Shown one piece after another: positions 61,894-64,000 of a stretch of 64,000 nucleotides of DNA. The stretch covers positions 256,001 through 320,000 of the forward strand of contig CAXNJO010000001.1 of the NCBI GenBank assembly GCA_964202905.1. Direction: 5' to 3'. The notes under the pieces are model-generated. The model saw only the letters and a program-made list of their open reading frames with translations, was not told the DNA's origin and made no database searches. Made by a program: the position numbers and the translations under genes. The stretch comes from Polyangiales bacterium. Its GTDB lineage: Bacteria; Myxococcota_A; Polyangia; Polyangiales; JADJQN01. Position 1 is the first letter of the stretch. Each line of letters begins with the position of its first letter.

Positions 61894-63996
61894 TCACTCG
61901 CGCGGCAGCTGCGCGCGCGAGAGTCGAAACGGGACGCGCGCGACGCGGATCGCGCGGTCGCCCTGGCTCGCGCTGTCGTAGAGACGCACGGGCGCGCTGC
62001 CCTCGCGCACCGGGGTCGCGCGGAGTCGCGCGCGGAGCGTGAGGCAGCCCGCGGCGTAGTCCTCGCCGGGCGCGCGCCAGGCCGAGCACGCGAGGCCCTC
62101 GTAGAGGTAGAGGCAGCGCGGGGGGTCCGCGAGCAGCGCGTCGAGCGCGGGCTGCCGGTCGGCCGTGCGCCCGTCCGGGAACACGCCGATCGCCCGGAAA
62201 CGCTGCGCTCCGTCGGGTCGCGCGCGCTGACCGATGCGCGAGAACCGCAGCTCGTTTCCGTCGTGCCGGCCGCCCGTGTATTCGAGCACGGTGCACCCCT
62301 CGGGCACGAGGTCGCGCGCGCGCCGGACGAACGCGTACTCCCGCTGCTCGGTGTAGTCGACGTCGTGGATGAAGGCCTGGTGCAGCCACGGTGCGGCGGC
62401 GATCGACACCGCGGCGAGCGCGAGCCAGCGCCGGTGGCGCACCGCCACGCGCGGCACGGCGAGCGCGCCGAGCAGCAGGAAGGGCACGACGAGGTGCATG
62501 TGGTAGCGGGCCTGCATCGACTCCTGCACCACGACGGCGTGCGCGACGACGAAGAGCAGCATCCAGCCGAGCAGATACGCGACGAGGCGCCGCTCGCCCG
62601 CGCGCCACGCGAGCACCGCGCCGATCACGGCGAGCACCAGGAGCGCCGGCGGCGTGCTCGTCGGATCCGTGAGCACGAGCAGACGCGGCGTGAGCAGCAC
62701 GCGGAACACGCTCACGAACCACTCGAGCGGCGCGAGCTGCTCGACCGTGCTGCTCGTGCTGCGCGAAGAAGCGCGACGAGCGCGGCGGCGCCCACGCCGA
62801 GCACGACGGCGAGCGCGACGCGCGCGGCGCAAGCGGGGCGCGCTCGTCACGCGTGCAGCGCGACGATCGCCGCGGCGTACACGCCGATGAAGAGGATGTT
62901 GAGCGGCCGCAGCAGATAGCCCGGGTAGAGCACCGCGGGGAGCGCGAGCAGCAGCAGCCAGCGGACGGCGCGCGCGCGGTCGCGCAGAAGATCCGTGGAT
63001 CAGCGCGAACGCGAGCGAGGTGAGCAGCAGCGAGCCGACGAAGCCATCCTCGGAGATCGAGAAGCGGATGTGCTGCGGGAGAAAGGCCACGGCGAAGGCC
63101 GCGGCGAGCCCCGCGCGCGCATCGCGCAGCAGGTACGTCGCGTGCGCGAAGAGCGCGATCGGCATGAGCACCGCGTACGCGAAGCTCGTCCAGAGCATCA
63201 CGTCGGTGAGGTACACGGTGCGCCCCGCGTGCTCGGCGATCGCGCTCAGCCACGGCCCCTCGGCGACCGCGCGGGCGTGCGGGTACAGGCGGCTCCACGG
63301 CCACGCGCCGAGGAAGGTCTGCGGCGAGAGCGCGAGGCGCACGAGCGCGCCCGCGATCACCGTGCCCGCGAGCCCGGCAGCGAGCCAGCGCGGCTCGCCC
63401 GCGACGAGGCGCGCCGCGAGGAAGAGCGCGAGCAGCGCGAGCGCCGCGATCTGGAGCAGGCCGTCGTGCAGATAGCCGCTGCGCTCGGTCGTGGTGCGCG
63501 CCGTCTCCTCCCAGAAGCCGCCCTGATCGTTGCGGGCGACCGCCGCTGCGAGCGCACGCCGCGCCGCCATCGCCTCGGCCCCCGGCTCCGCGCCGTACAC
63601 GACCGCGAAGCTGCGCGTCCGCGCGTCGCCGCCCAGGGTGTCGTCGGGGTGCTGCAGCGCGAGCGTCGCCTCGCGCGCGTCCGGCGCGCGGAGCGTGATC
63701 GTCACCCGCGTCCGCTCGATCGCGACGCCCCAGAGCGCGTAGCCCCCGGAGACCTCGCCGCCGAGCGTGTACGGCGCGAAGAGCGAGAGCACCCGCGCCT
63801 CGTTCCCGGGCCCGATCGCGTGCGCCTGCGCGCTCGCCCGCGTCGCGCCGCACGCCCACGCGCAGGCCGCCGCGAGCACGGTCGCGAGCACCGCCGCGAG
63901 GAGGTGTGGAGCCGGCGCCAGCGCCCGCGCAGGCCACACCAGACGCGGGCCGGGCGGCACTGAACCACGGTTCATCGGCGGGGCCGCGGGGTGCAC
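61894..63996 (-). CDS. Polytopic membrane protein, GT-C/ArnT-like (start uncertain; compensating frameshifts at ~62750-63000)
   Basis: Many TM helices, AFLPQHIRFSISED, QARYH. The Arg-rich middle stretch is replaced in another frame by the hydrophobic WLLLLALPAVLYPGYLLRPLNILFIGVYAAAIVAL. Confidence 0.65.
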   Translation of the reverse strand: MHPAAPPMNRGSVPPGPRLVWPARALAPAPHLLAAVLATVLAAACAWACGATRASAQAHAIGPGNEARVLSLFAPYTLGGEVSGGYALWGVAIERTRVTITLRAPDAREATLALQHPDDTLGGDARTRSFAVVYGAEPGAEAMAARRALAAAVARNDQGGFWEETARTTTERSGYLHDGLLQIAALALLALFLAARLVAGEPRWLAAGLAGTVIAGALVRLALSPQTFLGAWPWSRLYPHARAVAEGPWLSAIAEHAGRTVYLTDVMLWTSFAYAVLMPIALFAHATYLLRDARAGLAAAFAVAFLPQHIRFSISEDGFVGSLLLTSLAFALIHGSSARPRARRPLAAAARAPRGALPGLSAAAAQHPLHRRVRRGDRRAARVTSAPRLRRARRARRRARRGRRRARRASSRSTSSTVEQLAPLEWFVSVFRVLLTPRLLVLTDPTSTPPALLVLAVIGAVLAWRAGERRLVAYLLGWMLLFVVAHAVVVQESMQARYHMHLVVPFLLLGALAVPRVAVRHRRWLALAAVSIAAAPWLHQAFIHDVDYTEQREYAFVRRARDLVPEGCTVLEYTGGRHDGNELRFSRIGQRARPDGAQRFRAIGVFPDGRTADRQPALDALLADPPRCLYLYEGLACSAWRAPGEDYAAGCLTLRARLRATPVREGSAPVRLYDSASQGDRAIRVARVPFRLSRAQLPRE

Positions 63997-64000
63997 GCCG

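Noticed and set aside
63961..63974. TGAAC-N4-GTTCA as a LexA/SOS box
   Set aside because: Only this copy fits GAAC-N4-GTTC. Sister copies sit at convergent 3' ends and next to non-repair genes, so an SOS role is unsupported, though not excluded.

Overview
A 64 kb stretch of very GC-rich chromosome with about 48 genes. It is inferred to come from a myxobacterium (Polyangiales/Sandaracinaceae-like), based on MYXO-CTERM sorting signals, Cys-rich MopE-type repeat proteins, an AgmX-like C-terminal domain and FHA/sigma-54 signalling. Recognisable core genes are ftsK, bioA, lnt, moaA, a TerC protein, a chlorite-dismutase/HemQ-family protein, a Trm112-like protein, a GST and tRNA-Leu(CAG). The main candidates for unusual systems are: (1) a PilB/GspE ATPase with an N-terminal cyclic-nucleotide-binding domain, followed by a TPR-cNMP protein and a fimU-pilV-pilW-pilX-pilY1 operon (44.4-55.2 kb); (2) a tightly coupled four-gene MoxR/RavA AAA+ - vWA operon with two unknown genes, resembling ternary conflict systems (35.2-40.6 kb); (3) a 1707-aa Cys-rich ORF with an internal MYXO-CTERM followed by an internal lipobox, i.e. 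a possible self-splitting polyprotein; (4) a dispersed palindrome TGAA-N6-TTCA, seen 7 times and always at gene boundaries, plus an exact 13-bp TGAA-N5-TTCA direct repeat bracketing a macrodomain-like gene. At least five genes show apparent indel frameshifts, most likely assembly errors. No integrase, transposase, CRISPR array or rRNA was seen. All family calls come from motif recognition by eye, not from database searches.
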